Assembly: GCA_964187785.1 (NCBI GenBank)
Contig: OZ076409.1
Location: forward strand, 20,400,001-20,464,000
Reading direction: 5' to 3'
DNA from: Amphiscolops sp. MND2022
Lineage: Eukaryota
DNA: 64,000 bases
Shown: positions 52,001 to 64,000 of the stretch, piece by piece
Layout of the letters: each line of letters begins with the position of its first letter
Position numbering within the stretch: the first letter of the stretch is position 1
The notes under the pieces: generated by a model
Seen by the model: only the letters and a program-made list of their open reading frames with translations
Told to the model about the DNA's origin: nothing
The model's database searches: none
Program-made: the position numbers and the translations under genes

Positions 52001-54149
52001 AATGGAGTATTTCTCACCTAGCTTCAGCAGTAATCTCAAGATTGGTGATCCAGTTCGTATTGTTCGAACAATATTACGATAAACGTATTAGAGTATAGGA
52101 GGGATAGCATCTGGACCTCGCCTTTTAGATATTACCAATTACTTTGTAGTTTGACTTATCTGATCTGTACAAAATTGAAGTCAAAGTATCCCAACTCGGT
52201 GTATTCTAGCATTATTGTTGCGCTAGTCCATTTTTGGAGGCAAAGACTTTCTCTTGATATGTTGCAAGATCCTCAGCAGTTGCAATATCAATCTCTTTTC
52301 TTCAGCTCATAACGATTTCGCTTTGAATTACTGTGTGGTTGTTTTTCATTCACTCTTTTGATGGTTGAGAGTCTATTCGAGGTATCAGGTGTAATCAAAG
52401 GGAGAGACTCCTGTGTTGCGTTCTCCTTGGAGTGGCGGATTCCAGTTTTTCAGAAATCCAAGCATACCATTCTTCAGCTGTTTGGCCACTGTTGCTAAAA
52501 GACTTGGCCATAAAAGGTTCAATTATGAGTAGTTTGTTGGTATGAGTAGTTCAATTGGTATGAGTAGTTTGTTGGTCGTTTTTCTTTGTTTGTTTCAGTC
52601 TTCTGTGATAGTGGCTAGTGTGGGGTTTTCTTGTTTTGTGCAGACCACGGGTGTGTCTTCTCCCCCCAAGTTCGATGACACACATGACACTTGATTGATG
52701 ATGACGAAGATCCATGGTATTGGGCTGCGAAAAAAATTACTGACGTTTACCAGCTTTTTCAACGAATTTAATCGACTAACTGGTAGACAGAAGAAGAAAA
52801 GTAACTTCATAATCGCAGACAATGATAACAAATTGAACACAGATGATTTTCCCGTATCAAACGTGTTCAATGAGAAGTGCGTTTCGATAAGCAATGTTTA
52901 GCTACTTCAATTCCCACTGTTCCATTCACTACTGAAGGATTATGTAATAATGACAAGAGTCACTTTTTTCTATCCAAATGATTCCCTGGAAATTTTTAAA
53001 TTTGTACGGAACATTGAGAACCATAACGCGGCCGGATTAGATGGGCTAACTGCTGAAAGTTTGAAGGTTAGTCTTGATGTGATTTGTGATAGCCTGACCT
53101 ACCTTATCAACCAATCGTTATCAAGTGATGTTTTCCCGAAATTTTTGAAAACTGCGAAAATGGTTCCAATCATTAGATCTGGGGAAAAAGCAATTGTGAG
53201 AATTATGGACCCATATCATATTTATCGGTTCTGAGCAAAGTCTTTGAGCAGGTAGTTTTCGAGAGACTGTATAAATTCATGCATGTAAACAATCTTTTCT
53301 ATTGACGTCAATTCGGATTCAGATCAAAAATGAGTACACTGCTTGCACTAACGGATATAATGGAACTGATCCAGAGTAATGCCCTTCTTGATGTATCCCG
53401 TATGCTATTAGATCTAAGAAAAGTTTTTGATACGATAAATCATGAAATTTTGTTTTTCAATTTAGAGAGGTATGGTTTGAGAGGCATTTGTTTAGAAAGG
53501 TTCAGGTCATATCTCAATGATCGCACCTACAGCGTCGCAATTAATAGTCAGTATTCAAATACCCTAGCTGTTGAGTGTGATGTACCACAAGGATCGATTC
53601 TAGGACCGCTTATGTTTCTAATATACGTCATTGACTTTCCAAGCTCTTGTGATGATATTGTACCGTTCTTGTAGACAAATGATACCAACTGTGTCTATAA
53701 CCGATCGAAAAATTCTATGTCGACACTTCAAAATGAAGTTTAGCATATACCGTTGTAGATAGCAAATTAAATTGAGCCTTCATAGTGGAAAGACTGAGCT
53801 TGTGCACTTCTTGAGCTGACGGGATGAAAATGTGAAATTGGCAAATACTATCATGTCTCCAACCAACTCACTCTGTGAAGTACCTGGATGTTCACCTGGA
53901 ATAAAAATCTGACCTTCCTTGCCCTTGTTCGAAGTTTACCTGGTAAATTGGCTAAACATGTATCAGTGATAATGCGGTTGAGACATTTTTGTAAAAGTTC
54001 AATAGTGATCAGATATTCCAACATTTACATGAAGTCTATCATTTAATACGGTCTTAGTATACGGTTGCACGAAGAAAAGTAAATTGAAGGACATACGTTT
54101 GCTCCAAAAGAAAGTACTTCGAGTTATCTATTTCAAAAATCGAAGATAT
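48934..54149 (+). repeat. Tandem duplication, ~2609-bp period (48934-51542 and 51543-54149)
   Basis: The unit starts inside the Copia LTR and ends inside the LINE. Copies differ by scattered substitutions and small indels (e.g. AGGGGTCG vs AGGTCG). Confidence 0.95.
50050..51542 (+). mobile_element. CR1-like LINE RT fragment (first copy)
   Basis: ORF 50455-51069: NYGPISYLSVLSKVFE, QFGFRS, LDLRKVFDTINH, VPQGSILGPLMF. Confidence 0.85.
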
Positions 54150-54938
54150 CCGTCCGATGAGCTGTTCGAACGAAGCCCTATGATGAATGTTTTTGATCTC
54201 TGTTTGTGAACTTTTGAAATAAGTCGTTCATTCAACGAGAGGCAAAATTGATAAAAATGTAGAAAGTCTTTTCACACATAAGAGCTCATCAATTTTCACA
54301 CGAAGTGTTAGCACGAATATGTTTCATGTACCGCAGCTAGGTTTGGAAGTTCAACGACAGTCTCTGAAGTATCGTGGAACGTGGGTGGGCGCAACTAGGT
54401 CGAAGGAACGGGATCGAAAATCAGAGTTAGTCCTCAGGTCGACATACCAAATTTTTGAATGGGATCGAAACAACTCGGATCGAAATTTTTATAACGTAGT
54501 CAGATATGTTCACATACCCCTAGTGCCCTGACTGCAAAGCGTGCCCCGGAGCGAAGCGAAGCGGAGCGACGTGCCATATGGCCATGCCTCAATGTTGATA
54601 CTTGGCGAAGGAAGCGAAGCGACCGAGCCATACAACAAATACGATAAAATTCGACCGCATTCCATTCGATCCCTGCAATTCGATCAAAAGGTTCGACCTC
54701 TGTCCTTTCGACCAGAAAAATTCGACCTATTTACAGCCACCCGTGGAACGTTACTACTGAATCACCTTCTGAGGAATAAACTATTGCCTCCTGATTACGA
54801 GATATGCGAAAGTCGAGAGCTGAGCAAAAGTCTCTGTAACATTCAAAACCGAATAAAGAGTGAGTGTCTGGCTGATATAGTTTTTGTGTGATGCCCTGTG
54901 TAAAGAGGGTCCTCCCCCGTTTTAGTATTTCTTCTTTG
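52657..54938 (+). mobile_element. CR1-like LINE RT fragment (second copy, extends toward the 3' end; interrupted by MITE C)
   Basis: Duplicate of 50050-51542 plus downstream sequence; resumes after MITE C at 54752 and probably again after 58970. Confidence 0.8.
54383..54742. mobile_element. MITE family C copy 3
   Basis: Inverted copy of 17377-17716 with a perfect 9-bp TSD GTGGAACGT (54374-54382, 54743-54751); core 1 at 54489-54636. Confidence 0.9.
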
Positions 54939-55236
54939 GGGGCACGGTAATAAGTTCGAACGCATAGCGAGGTCGAACAGGAGCAAACAGGGTTCTCAAA
55001 CTCAAACTCAAACTTTCAAACTCAAACTCAAACTTTCAAACTTTTAGGTTTCAAACTCGAATTCAAACCAAACTTCATTATATTGTCAAACTCAAACCCA
55101 AACTCAAGCTCACGAAAAAAGTTCAAACAGTTTGAGTTGTTTGACTATTTCTTAATATAGCGCAGATGGCTATAATTTTTTCATTTTTATCAAAATTTTG
55201 GCAATATGATTCAAAAATTTTTTTAGATCGTATGGT

Positions 55237-56719
55237 ATGGGCAAGTCGTCTCCGAAGGAAGACTGGCGTCCACTTGCAACCAAAAATCTGCGGCTCAGGG
55301 GAAAGTTTTTGTGCGGTTATATAGATAAGAAGAAAACTAATTTGAAAAGATTCATAGCTTGTAATTTGGATATTTGGTGCAAAAACGGAGTCACGTCACC
55401 CTTGGTGCGTCATGTTGATACCTGTGTTGGATCAAGTCCCGTTATGGAAGAGAATTAATCATTGTTTAAGTTTCATTCTGGAAAGAGCAGAAAATATAAT
55501 CTAGCACAGCGTCTAGTTTACAATTCCAATATTTCTGTTAACAAGATTTGCACTTCCAAAGAGTTTTCGGAATTATTTAAGTTGGCGAAGCTTGAAATTC
55601 AAACATACTCTGAATTACAGGAAAGTCTTACAAACTCATTCCTTGAAAGAATTGAGTCTGTATCCAATTTGCTGGCTGCAAATGATCCGCTGGTTTTGTG
55701 TTTGGACAAGTGGACTAACGACCACGACGAAAAATTCATCGGAGTATATGTTTTTCAAAAGCGAAAAAAAGATATTTTTAGGCCTTGCACACGTTCTGAA
55801 TATTCTCGCTAAGAAGCTAATTGGAATTGACGCAAATTTTTTTGTTCCCGGAGATGATGAAACTGGAGATGAATTGGATGACATTTTTGCGTTATGGGTC
55901 TCAGGAGATGTCAAAACTGCGGTTAAAGATCTCAAAAAACCGTCAAATCTTCAGGATTTTCTAGCAATTCAAAAGATAAAACAACCAGAGTTGAAATCAC
56001 CGTTGAAGCCATTGCTCGAAAATGCAACAAGATGGAATTCTACTTATCTCATGCTTAATCGATTTTTAGTTTTGCAAAAGTCCATTACCGCGTTTACTCA
56101 GAATAGTTATAATTGGGACGAAATCAAGAAGCTAAGAGATTTACTTCATCCATTGTACGAGGTAACCATGAAATCGCAATGTGGAATTGAGAAATCTGCT
56201 CACCCGTTTGATTTTTATGTTCAGTGAGTTGATTACATTCGATCATATTTGCAACAAGAAAAGTCTATGACCGACGTTAGGAATCCCGTTATGCAGCTTC
56301 TTAATAAGTGGTGTGGTACCAATAACGTTGTCATACAAGCATTTAAGAAATCTGGTCCATTGTATGACAAATTGATTGGTATGGTAACTGATGTCGATAA
56401 TTCGCCAAATTCAAGGGCTGACGATCATCCGTATACTGCCGATTCAAATAATTCATTTGACGCCTATTTAGCGAAGCAAGGGAATTGTCCAGTTGATCAA
56501 TTGGTTACGTCAATTTTGGCTGATATTCCTGTTTCAAACACTGATTTGGAACGTTTATTCAGTTATGCAAAGTTTCTGAAAACTTCAATTCAAAGTCGCA
56601 TGGATCCAGAGAATTTTACTCGTAACATCTTTCTGAAGATGACTGAGGAGCTAAATTTGGTTGTTAGTATGAACACTGCCGCGCCAAAGGTGCTAACTCC
56701 AATTGTAATTGACAGTTGA
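55237..56719 (+). pseudogene. hAT transposase pseudogene
   Basis: LCLDKWT (first D), AHVLNI, NATRWNSTYLML and IPVSNTDLERLFS..QSRMDPE motifs; broken by stops, a frameshift and a probable deletion. Confidence 0.85.
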
Positions 56720-57254
56720 AACCATGTGCCATGTGCCATTCCATATTTTTTGTTAAAACATTTGTTGAAATTCCATATTTTTGTAAAACGTTTTTGTTAA
56801 AACATTTGTAAATCATTTTTTGTTAAAGCAATGTGTTTTATGCAAGTTACAAGAGGTGTTCGTTCATTATTCATAACAGTTTGTAACGTGTTTGCCTAAA
56901 TTTCAAACTATTCAACAGTTTTCAAACTACCAAACTCAAACTCAACTTCTAAAGTCAAATCAATCTCAAACTCAAACTACTTGGGTTCAAACATTCAAAC
57001 TTCAAACCAGGTTGCTTCAAACGTTTGTGCTTTATTATTGGCTGTTATACGGCAGACGAAACAAATCAATTCTGTAGATGTGTTCTATGTGCCGCAAATA
57101 CCCTAGACAATTATCATATTTGTGTCTGTCCGAAACTACCTGACACGAGCTGTATCGACCGAGTGAAGTTTATGCTTTTCTCTGAAGTGACACCTATCCT
57201 GGAGCCTAAAACCAAAAACGAGTTAATGTTTGAGAAAAAAATGTACTGTAATGA

Positions 57255-57515
57255 GGATTGCATGAAATGGGTCGAATGAAATAGGTCGAAAAGAATTAGG
57301 TCGACCCTTTTGGTCGAATAACTTAGCTCGAATTGACTGAGGTCGAATTTGGTCGAATGGACTTGGGTCGAAATCAATATGTTGTCTCCCTTGAACTTGG
57401 CATTTTTCAAGGTCGACCCAAGTCCATTCGACCCATTTCCGAAACGGTGAAGATTCGACCCATGGCACAGGAGGCCGATTCGACCCATTTCTTTCGACCC
57501 ATTTCCGTTCACCCC
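57255..57515. mobile_element. MITE (AAATGGGTCGAA family) nested in the hAT element
   Basis: Ends GGATTGCATGAAATGGGTCGAA / TTCGACCCATTTCCGTTCACCCC; perfect 8-bp TSD TGTAATGA. Confidence 0.8.
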
Positions 57516-57838
57516 TGTAATGAAAACCCTCAAGACCTATAATCTACTGAACTGAACAATATTTTCTTTCGGCTTCTTTGTTACCTATTTCATTAAATTT
57601 TAGATTGTATATGTCATAATTTTGACGTTAATTCATTCTTCAGTCAATCAATCAAACGTTTGAAAACCCTGGGAGCAAAGACCTAGCGGAAACGGAGATC
57701 GCGAAGCGATCGTAGTGGGAGCTGGTTTTTTGCGACGGTGAGGGCGAGTGTGCATACACCGGATATGTCCCACATTTCAGTTTTTAGATTCCTTCAGATC
57801 CTAGGCGGTGGAGCTCTCAGGGTCTTGTGTGAAGGATG

Positions 57839-58831
57839 GGGGCACGGTAATAAGTTCGAACCCATAAGTTCGAATTTTAATTTCGAATGGACTAAGTTCG
57901 ACTTTTCCAAAAACCGGAACAAGTTCGAATCACTGTGTTCGAATTTTGAACTAAGTAGAAAACGTGCCACTGATATTACCACATTTCATCTAGTGCCCCG
58001 CGGCCCCTTGGGGCCGCTTATGTTTCCATCTTGCTAAGCGAGGTCGAACAGGAGCAAAGACCTAGCGGGAACGGAGATCGCGAAGCGATCGTAGTGGGAG
58101 CTGGTCTTTGCGACGGTGAGGGCGAGCGTGCATACTCCTGGTATGCCCCACATTTCAGTTTTTAGATTCCTTTAGATCCTAGGCGGTGGAGCTCTCAGGA
58201 TCTTGTGTGAAGGATGTCCAGTTTACACCGGATATGCCCGATATGAAAATTCGAACTTGGTGTCTCGAAACGGTGGGGTATTTTTGGATCGAATTTTTGT
58301 GTGAGCGAAAAGCGAGATCGAAAATGGATCGAAGGTTTTGAGATCGAATTTTTCCGGTTTTGCTAGGTTTTTGCTCCTGTAAAGTGTTTAAAAGCGTTTA
58401 AAATTATTAAGGTAGTTTTCCCCACCTAATATGGGATCATATACGGTGTATGCACGCTCGCCCTCACCGTCGCAAGAACCAGCTCCCACTACGATCGCTT
58501 CGCGATCTCCGTTCCCGCTAGGTCTTTGCTCCTGTTCGACCTCGCTTAGCAAGATGGGAACATAAGCGGCCCCAAGGGACCGCGGGGCATTAGAGGAAAT
58601 GGGGGGCATATCCGACGGCCAAAAACATTGTTATTTGAAAACGCTAGGTATTTGAAAACATGGATTCGATCTCATTTTCTTTGACCATTTTACTTCGATC
58701 TCAGTGACAGATTGCATATTCGCGCAAATTCATTCGATCCAAACGCCCACCGCCTCTCGAAACTATTCCATTCGAACTTATTGCACTAGTTCAAATTCGA
58801 ACTTAGTAAATCGAACTTATTGCCCGAAGCC
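57839..58831. mobile_element. MITE family E inner copy (self-insertion)
   Basis: Same termini as 54939-58962; 8-bp TSD GAAGGATG/GAAGAATG; core 2 at 57990-58153. Confidence 0.85.
58272..58754. mobile_element. MITE (GATCGAA family) carrying core cassette 2 in reverse
   Basis: Ends GGTGGGGTATTTTTGGATCGAA / TTCGATCCAAACGCCCACCGCC; 9-bp TSD TCTCGAAAC; the empty site is visible in the outer E copy (GGTGTCTCGAAACTATTCC, ~58882). Confidence 0.85.
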
Positions 58832-59874
58832 GAAGAATGTCCAGTTTACACCGTAGATGCCCGATATGAAAATTCGAACTTGGTGTCTCGAAACTATTCC
58901 ATTTGAACTTATTGCACTAGATCAAATTCGAACTTAGTAAATCGAACTTATTGCCCGAAGCCCTACTTTGGAGGGTCCCCTTTGGTGTAGATAAATACTA
59001 ATGGAAAAAAATTGTTAACTATTTTTATATCTTATACTTTATTGTATTATAAATGTATATACTACACTAAAGTAAATTAACTTCTTTCGATAGTTGGAAG
59101 TTGCCCGTTTCTCAATGAGTTTTCGACCTTTTGGAAATTTTTCTGTTGACCTATTACTGGAAACTGTATTCGACTTTTGCCAGTCAAGTTTCCTGAAGAT
59201 TTATTCGTGGCCGACTGATTTTTCATTCTGGAACCTTCATTGTTAGGCACTCCCTCATTGAAAATTTAAGCGTCAGAGGAAATTGGATTGGGCTCCGTGC
59301 ACGATTTCTTTGATGAGCTTTTGTGTCCGCCAACGACATTTTTTTTATTTTGTCATTAAGTGACTTTTTCTTGATAGAAGTTAATTGTCTCGAGAGATTA
59401 GTTTACCTCACGGTAAACAGTTTGTGTTCAATGAGAATTTGAATTTCGAAAACTCCCAAAAATTTTGATCAGCTATCGACAATTCTCAAAGTTTCATCGA
59501 AGCGATAATGCAATATTTTTTATTCATAGAAGTTACAATAGTCAAGAATAACAATGGCCACTCATTACATTGGCTCCAAAATTTTATTTTTTGGTCATCT
59601 TTCAAGTTTTATAAGTTTTTAGGAACTACTTCAAAATTCTCTTGTCAATACCGGTACCAAAACTAGCGTTACTCCTCAGACAGCTGTTTGTCGTTCTTCT
59701 CTTTTGCACTGATTGACAGAGCTTCCATTTTTTATTTAAGTTTAAACATTTCAGCGTAAGCTTGGATTTTAAAACACGACTATCCTTCCTTTTTTGGATT
59801 CAATTAAAAGTTCAAATTTTCGAGTTGATAAAGATTTGAGCTCCTAAAGTCTTTTTTGAAGCTGATGGTTGAAC

Positions 59875-60280
59875 GGGGAATTCCCAAACAGCAGAAAATG
59901 AAAATTCGGTCCCATTCAGCAGAATATTTCTTTATGCTGCAATCTGATTGGCTGAAATTATGCTGCAAGCTGATTGAATTCACTATGATGAAAAATGCGG
60001 GTCAGATTTTGTCGGAATTATTATTATAACGTAGTCAGATATGATCACATACCCCTAGTGCCCTAAATGCAGGAGCGAAGCGGAGCGACGTGCCATATGG
60101 CCATGCCTCAATGTTGCTACTTGGCGAAGGGAGCGAAGCGACCCAGCCATACAACAAATATGCAAACCTTTTCAAATAAATCAAGTTTCTACATACTGGG
60201 TGTAACAACACTAAAAGCTAGTAATTGGAATTCTGCTGTATGGGACCGAATATTCATTTTCTGCTGTATGAATAGGCCCC
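59875..60280. mobile_element. MITE (CAGCAGAAAATGAA family) carrying core cassette 1
   Basis: Ends GGGGAATTCCCAAACAGCAGAAAATGAAAATTCGGTCCC / GGGACCGAATATTCATTTTCTGCTGTATGAATAGGCCCC; perfect 8-bp TSD GGTTGAAC; core 1 at 60024-60155. Confidence 0.85.
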
Positions 60281-60402
60281 GGTTGAACCTCTGGTATGAT
60301 CAAACATCTTAGTGAAGCTGCTAGTCTGCGAGCTCAGTCCTAATCGTCAAGCAAGAATTTTTTTTGCTCAATGTTGACTGATTTCAGATTTGGGCTTTCG
60401 CA

Positions 60403-63141
60403 ATGGACAGTCCCTTAAGGGACAAGCTGTTTGTCGGCCGACAGTGGTTGTTTGAACGATTGTGCAATAACTTAGAAGGACAAAACACGGAGTCCTTGCG
60501 ACGACTTTCAACCTCATCAACTGGAAGGAAGCCTACTTATTTTGTCGTTGGAGGCCCGGGTTCAGGAAAAACAGCAATTTTGACTGAAATTTGTTTCACA
60601 AGGAAATCAGATCCTGAGAAGCAATGTCAACTTAGACGCAGGGTCTTGGCTTATCACTTTTGTACCTCGCGGAATAAAAAAACTCTCGCTCTAACAAGTT
60701 TTATAACCAATTTAATAACCCAAATTTCCAAAAGCCCGTTTCTTTTAACCGCTAACTCTGGAGAATCTGTTTACATTGACGAATCGCAGTTGCAGCAAGA
60801 TCCAGACGAAGTGTTCCGTACTTCATTCCTTTTGAAAATCTCCAATAGGATTAAAGATAGTAGCAGGAACATGTATCTTGTTGTGGACGGCCTAGATGAA
60901 GCTTATGAACAGCAGTTGAAAATGGGCGAAAGCTCTTCAGGCAGTCGCACAATCGCAGAACTTTTAGCTTTACATGCTGACCAGTTACCTTCCTGGTTAC
61001 ATATCCTCTGTTCATCCAGACGAAACAGTAAAGGCGTCTTGAAGATGTTCACTGTTAACAAGAAAATCACCATTGACGACTATAAAAAGGATTACGTTAT
61101 TGGAGACTTTAAGCAATATATGCGTGCATTATTACTGGACGATCCTCAAATTTTGGATGAACATTTTCTCAAAGATTTCCAAATTGTTTTTGAAACATTG
61201 CACGATAAAAGTGCTGGATGTTTTTTATATTTGGAACTTGTTATTCAAATAGTTGCTCAATGTATTATTTCCACCAGAGAAATTCGAAACATTCCAGGCT
61301 CCATCAATGGGCTTTACTCTTTTTTGTTCGAAAAGTTTTATCGTTCGAAACGAAATAGCGTGTCCAGCTCAACACCACCTTCGACTACATATTCTAGTGA
61401 TGGTACTGATATCAATACAATTAAACAAATATTGTCTGTACTCGTAGCTTCGCAGACACCCATGACGAGGTTTGATATATTGGATGCTTTAGTGACTCGG
61501 GATTGCAGCAAGCCGTACAACCCGGAGCATTTAGAAAGACAGATAAAATCTTTGACTATGTTTCTGTGGAAAGACAAGGGAGTTGGCTTTGACGAACAAT
61601 GCATTCAAATTCTCCATCACAGCTTCACTGGTAAATTAATTTTTGCCTTGATTTGACTGTGAACAAAGTAGCACAAATGAAGTCACTGCACATGAAGTGA
61701 AAACTGCGCGACCAATCATAAGAAGTTGGACCAAAAATACTCTCTAATTGGCGCTATATGGAACACGGCTATTATTGTGGCTTTTCGTCGGTTTTTGATT
61801 TCAACAAGAATTCTGATTTTTTGGAGTGCCATTTGTGCTACTATATTTTTTGCTATAACAGGTTTTCTGTACATTTTGGGACCAGAATTTTTACTCCAGA
61901 AAGGGCCAACGCATGCATAGGTGCAAGGGTTGGATTTCCAATTAAAAAGGCTTGTAGAGGAGCAAAGGAGGGACCATTTCGAGTTGAATTTGAATATTTC
62001 CAGGTACCTACAGTATGGCTTCGCCTGAAATGAAACTACTTTTGGCGTATCTATCCTCAGTTTCGTGATAAATCTCCTCAAACTAGGGGAAAACTTTTCG
62101 AAAAAAGCATGACTTCGTAATTTTTCGAAACGTTTTCCAAACCTAATTGTAGCTCACTTTGGTGTCCTGGATGTATGTAAATGGTTGCTGCAACTGTCTT
62201 CAATTTCAAGGTATCATTTTGCAAAATTGGAAAGTGGGAAAAATTAATTTTGAGTTTCGCTTTTCCGCTGCTTGTCATGTTGTTACCCTGGTTCATTTTC
62301 AACAGTTACGCTTTCCAACATAATTTCTGGTATGTCACAGTTATTTGTAAAGCTGGACGTGCTCTGGAAAATGGCGAATAGATATTCATAAATAATGCCA
62401 GTGCTAATACAATGAACTTTCTTGGAAAAAGTGTACTTATGAAAAAAATCGATCGCAATGAGAAAAGAACGCTTCCAGTTGTAGAATATATGTTCCCCCA
62501 TTTTGATGGACTGGGATTTTCCCCTGTTCATTCCCGATTAAAAACTTCAGTTGACCTTGGAACTACTTATCGCTACATTTTCATGGGCCCGTTTTTCTGA
62601 AAAATAATGTAGCCATCTTGAAATTGATGCTCAATGCAAAGAACTGCTCCAATTTTTGTCTTTGGGTGGTCGTTCAATGTGATCCATTTATAAAAGTATC
62701 CGCTATAAAATTTGCATACGTATTTCATCTTGTGTGTTACATTTGTTACCGGTCTAGACATCTGGTGTTGGGTAGTTGGTTAGCAGAGGTAGTATTTCAT
62801 CTAATCTAACTCGTGTTTTATGTTCAGAATGGATCACGGACGTGAAATTGTGTGGAAGGGAGTTCGTAGTCAGTGCAGCCGAAGGTCATGCAATGTTGGC
62901 ATTGAGTGCTGCTTGTTTCTACGACCTAACACGTATAACAGGACAGGATGTTTATGACATAGTGTGCAACTTATCATTGGCACATTCCATTATTACTCCA
63001 CCGTTGAATGCCGAACTTCTGGCTCTGTGGGTTCTCTGGATCGGCCTGGACCCTGAACGTTTACAGCAAGACGGAGTGGAAGCCAAAGATTTATTGGCCA
63101 ACAAAATTCTCTCGCTAGCTACCACCAAACTGTCTCGCCAG
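60403..63141 (+). CDS. ANKRD50: ANKRD50-like protein, N-terminal P-loop (NACHT-like) NTPase region; partial, continues beyond the window
   Basis: Exons 60403-61630 (acceptor AG at 60386-60387) and 62828-63141, joined in phase as HHSFT-E-WITDVKLC. Walker A VGGPGSGKTA, LAYHFC, Walker B LVVDGLDEA, KSAGCFLYLE, REIRNIPGSINGLY and AAEGHAMLAL match ANKRD50 better than TANC proteins as I recall them. Confidence 0.85.
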
Positions 63142-64000
63142 GTTAGACAATCACTTTCTACCCGCGGAAGTAATTTTTCAATTCACTACCTTGAAAATGA
63201 CCTTTAAGACTCTCAAATTCTGATCAGGTTTACAGGGATATTTTTTGTTTTGAAATCAAACAGAAAACTACAAAACGGATAACACTTAACTTGTTTTTGA
63301 CTTTTGCCATTTTCTGAAATTCATCATGCAATATACAATATCAAAAACGCTGTTCGTAAAAATTGCCTGCAACAAACCTTTGTATCTAATTCAGAATTTA
63401 CAGTTCGATTCGTTTTTTTCTCCGTGAAATTGTTCTGAAGGTATTACAACACTTTTAGGCTGTTCATTTTCAAGAAAGCATTTCCAGAAAAAGTGGTAAA
63501 TATAAAAGTCAAAGAGTGGTGTCAAGGCTACAGAGCAGATCGAGGGATGTTTATCTTCTGATCAGTAGTTAAGATACTGCGTATTAAAGTTCGAAAAATA
63601 ACCGACATAAAATTTTGATTCGGCTTCGAAACAAATACTACCCTTTTATTTCTGATCAAAATTTGAGAGACTTGTCCTCCTGAGATTTTTTTATGAAATG
63701 AAGATATTGCGCTTTGAACATTTTCGTTAGGCAAATCGAGTGTCTTGCTTAGTTTTTTGGCGCCCTAGTGTAACTTCCTATTTCGAATTGCTTTCAATTG
63801 ACGTAGTTGACTACTAAATCCGTAGAATCCTCTTTGACACTGTGACAGATACAATTGAAGTCTCTATTTGGTAGCTTCATTTTGGAACAAGGACATTTGA
63901 ACTGCCGCAATTTATTGAAAACCTATGAACAGAGACTCCGAAAATATTTGAAATTTTGTTCCGAGTAACATGTGTTTTTATATAGCAATCCAGTCATAAG

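Larger units (their letters stand above)
54988..57671 (+). mobile_element. hAT DNA transposon with degenerate transposase
   Basis: TIR CAGGGTTCTCAAAC / GTTTGAAAACCCTG; perfect 8-bp TSD GGAGCAAA; TCAAAC subterminal arrays at both ends. Confidence 0.9.
54939..58962. mobile_element. MITE family E outer copy (core cassette 2), host of four nested insertions
   Basis: Ends GGGGCACGGTAATAAGTTCGA / TCGAACTTATTGCCCGAAGCC; 8-bp TSD CTTCTTTG/CTACTTTG. Confidence 0.8.

Noticed and set aside
54319..54891. Recurrent short ORFs such as MPRSEAKRSDVPYGHASML and MFHVPQLGLEVQRQ (also at ~17300-17780, 18832 and 60067)
   Set aside because: They are chance translations of MITE C/core 1 and LINE sequence; frames are not conserved between copies.
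61716..62809. Several short ORFs between the ANKRD50-like exons
   Set aside because: The flanking exons join in frame across a conserved motif, so this is intron; no homology evident.

Overview
AT-rich, intron-containing animal genomic DNA that is mostly transposable-element debris; the species cannot be determined from this window. Three host genes are supported. (1) A complete 6-exon DBT gene (branched-chain alpha-keto acid dehydrogenase E2, + strand, 20149-25545). (2) A complete 5-exon minus-strand gene (37972-34617, 684 aa) whose helical parts resemble the AF4/FMR2 C-terminal homology domain. (3) The first coding exons of an ANKRD50-like P-loop gene (60403 onward). Mobile elements include a decayed env-bearing Ty3/Gypsy-type LTR element, two copies of a Copia family, CRE-, RTE- and L2/CR1-type LINE fragments, Helentron-type non-autonomous elements (HINEs), a hAT transposon, and two recent ~2.5-2.6 kb tandem duplications. 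The most unusual signal is a set of about ten different small TIR elements with 8-9 bp TSDs and unrelated TIRs, most of which carry one of two related, strongly hairpin-forming internal cassettes. One of these families also brackets a circularly permuted copy of a locus ~36 kb away. All coordinates were read by eye; no searches were run.
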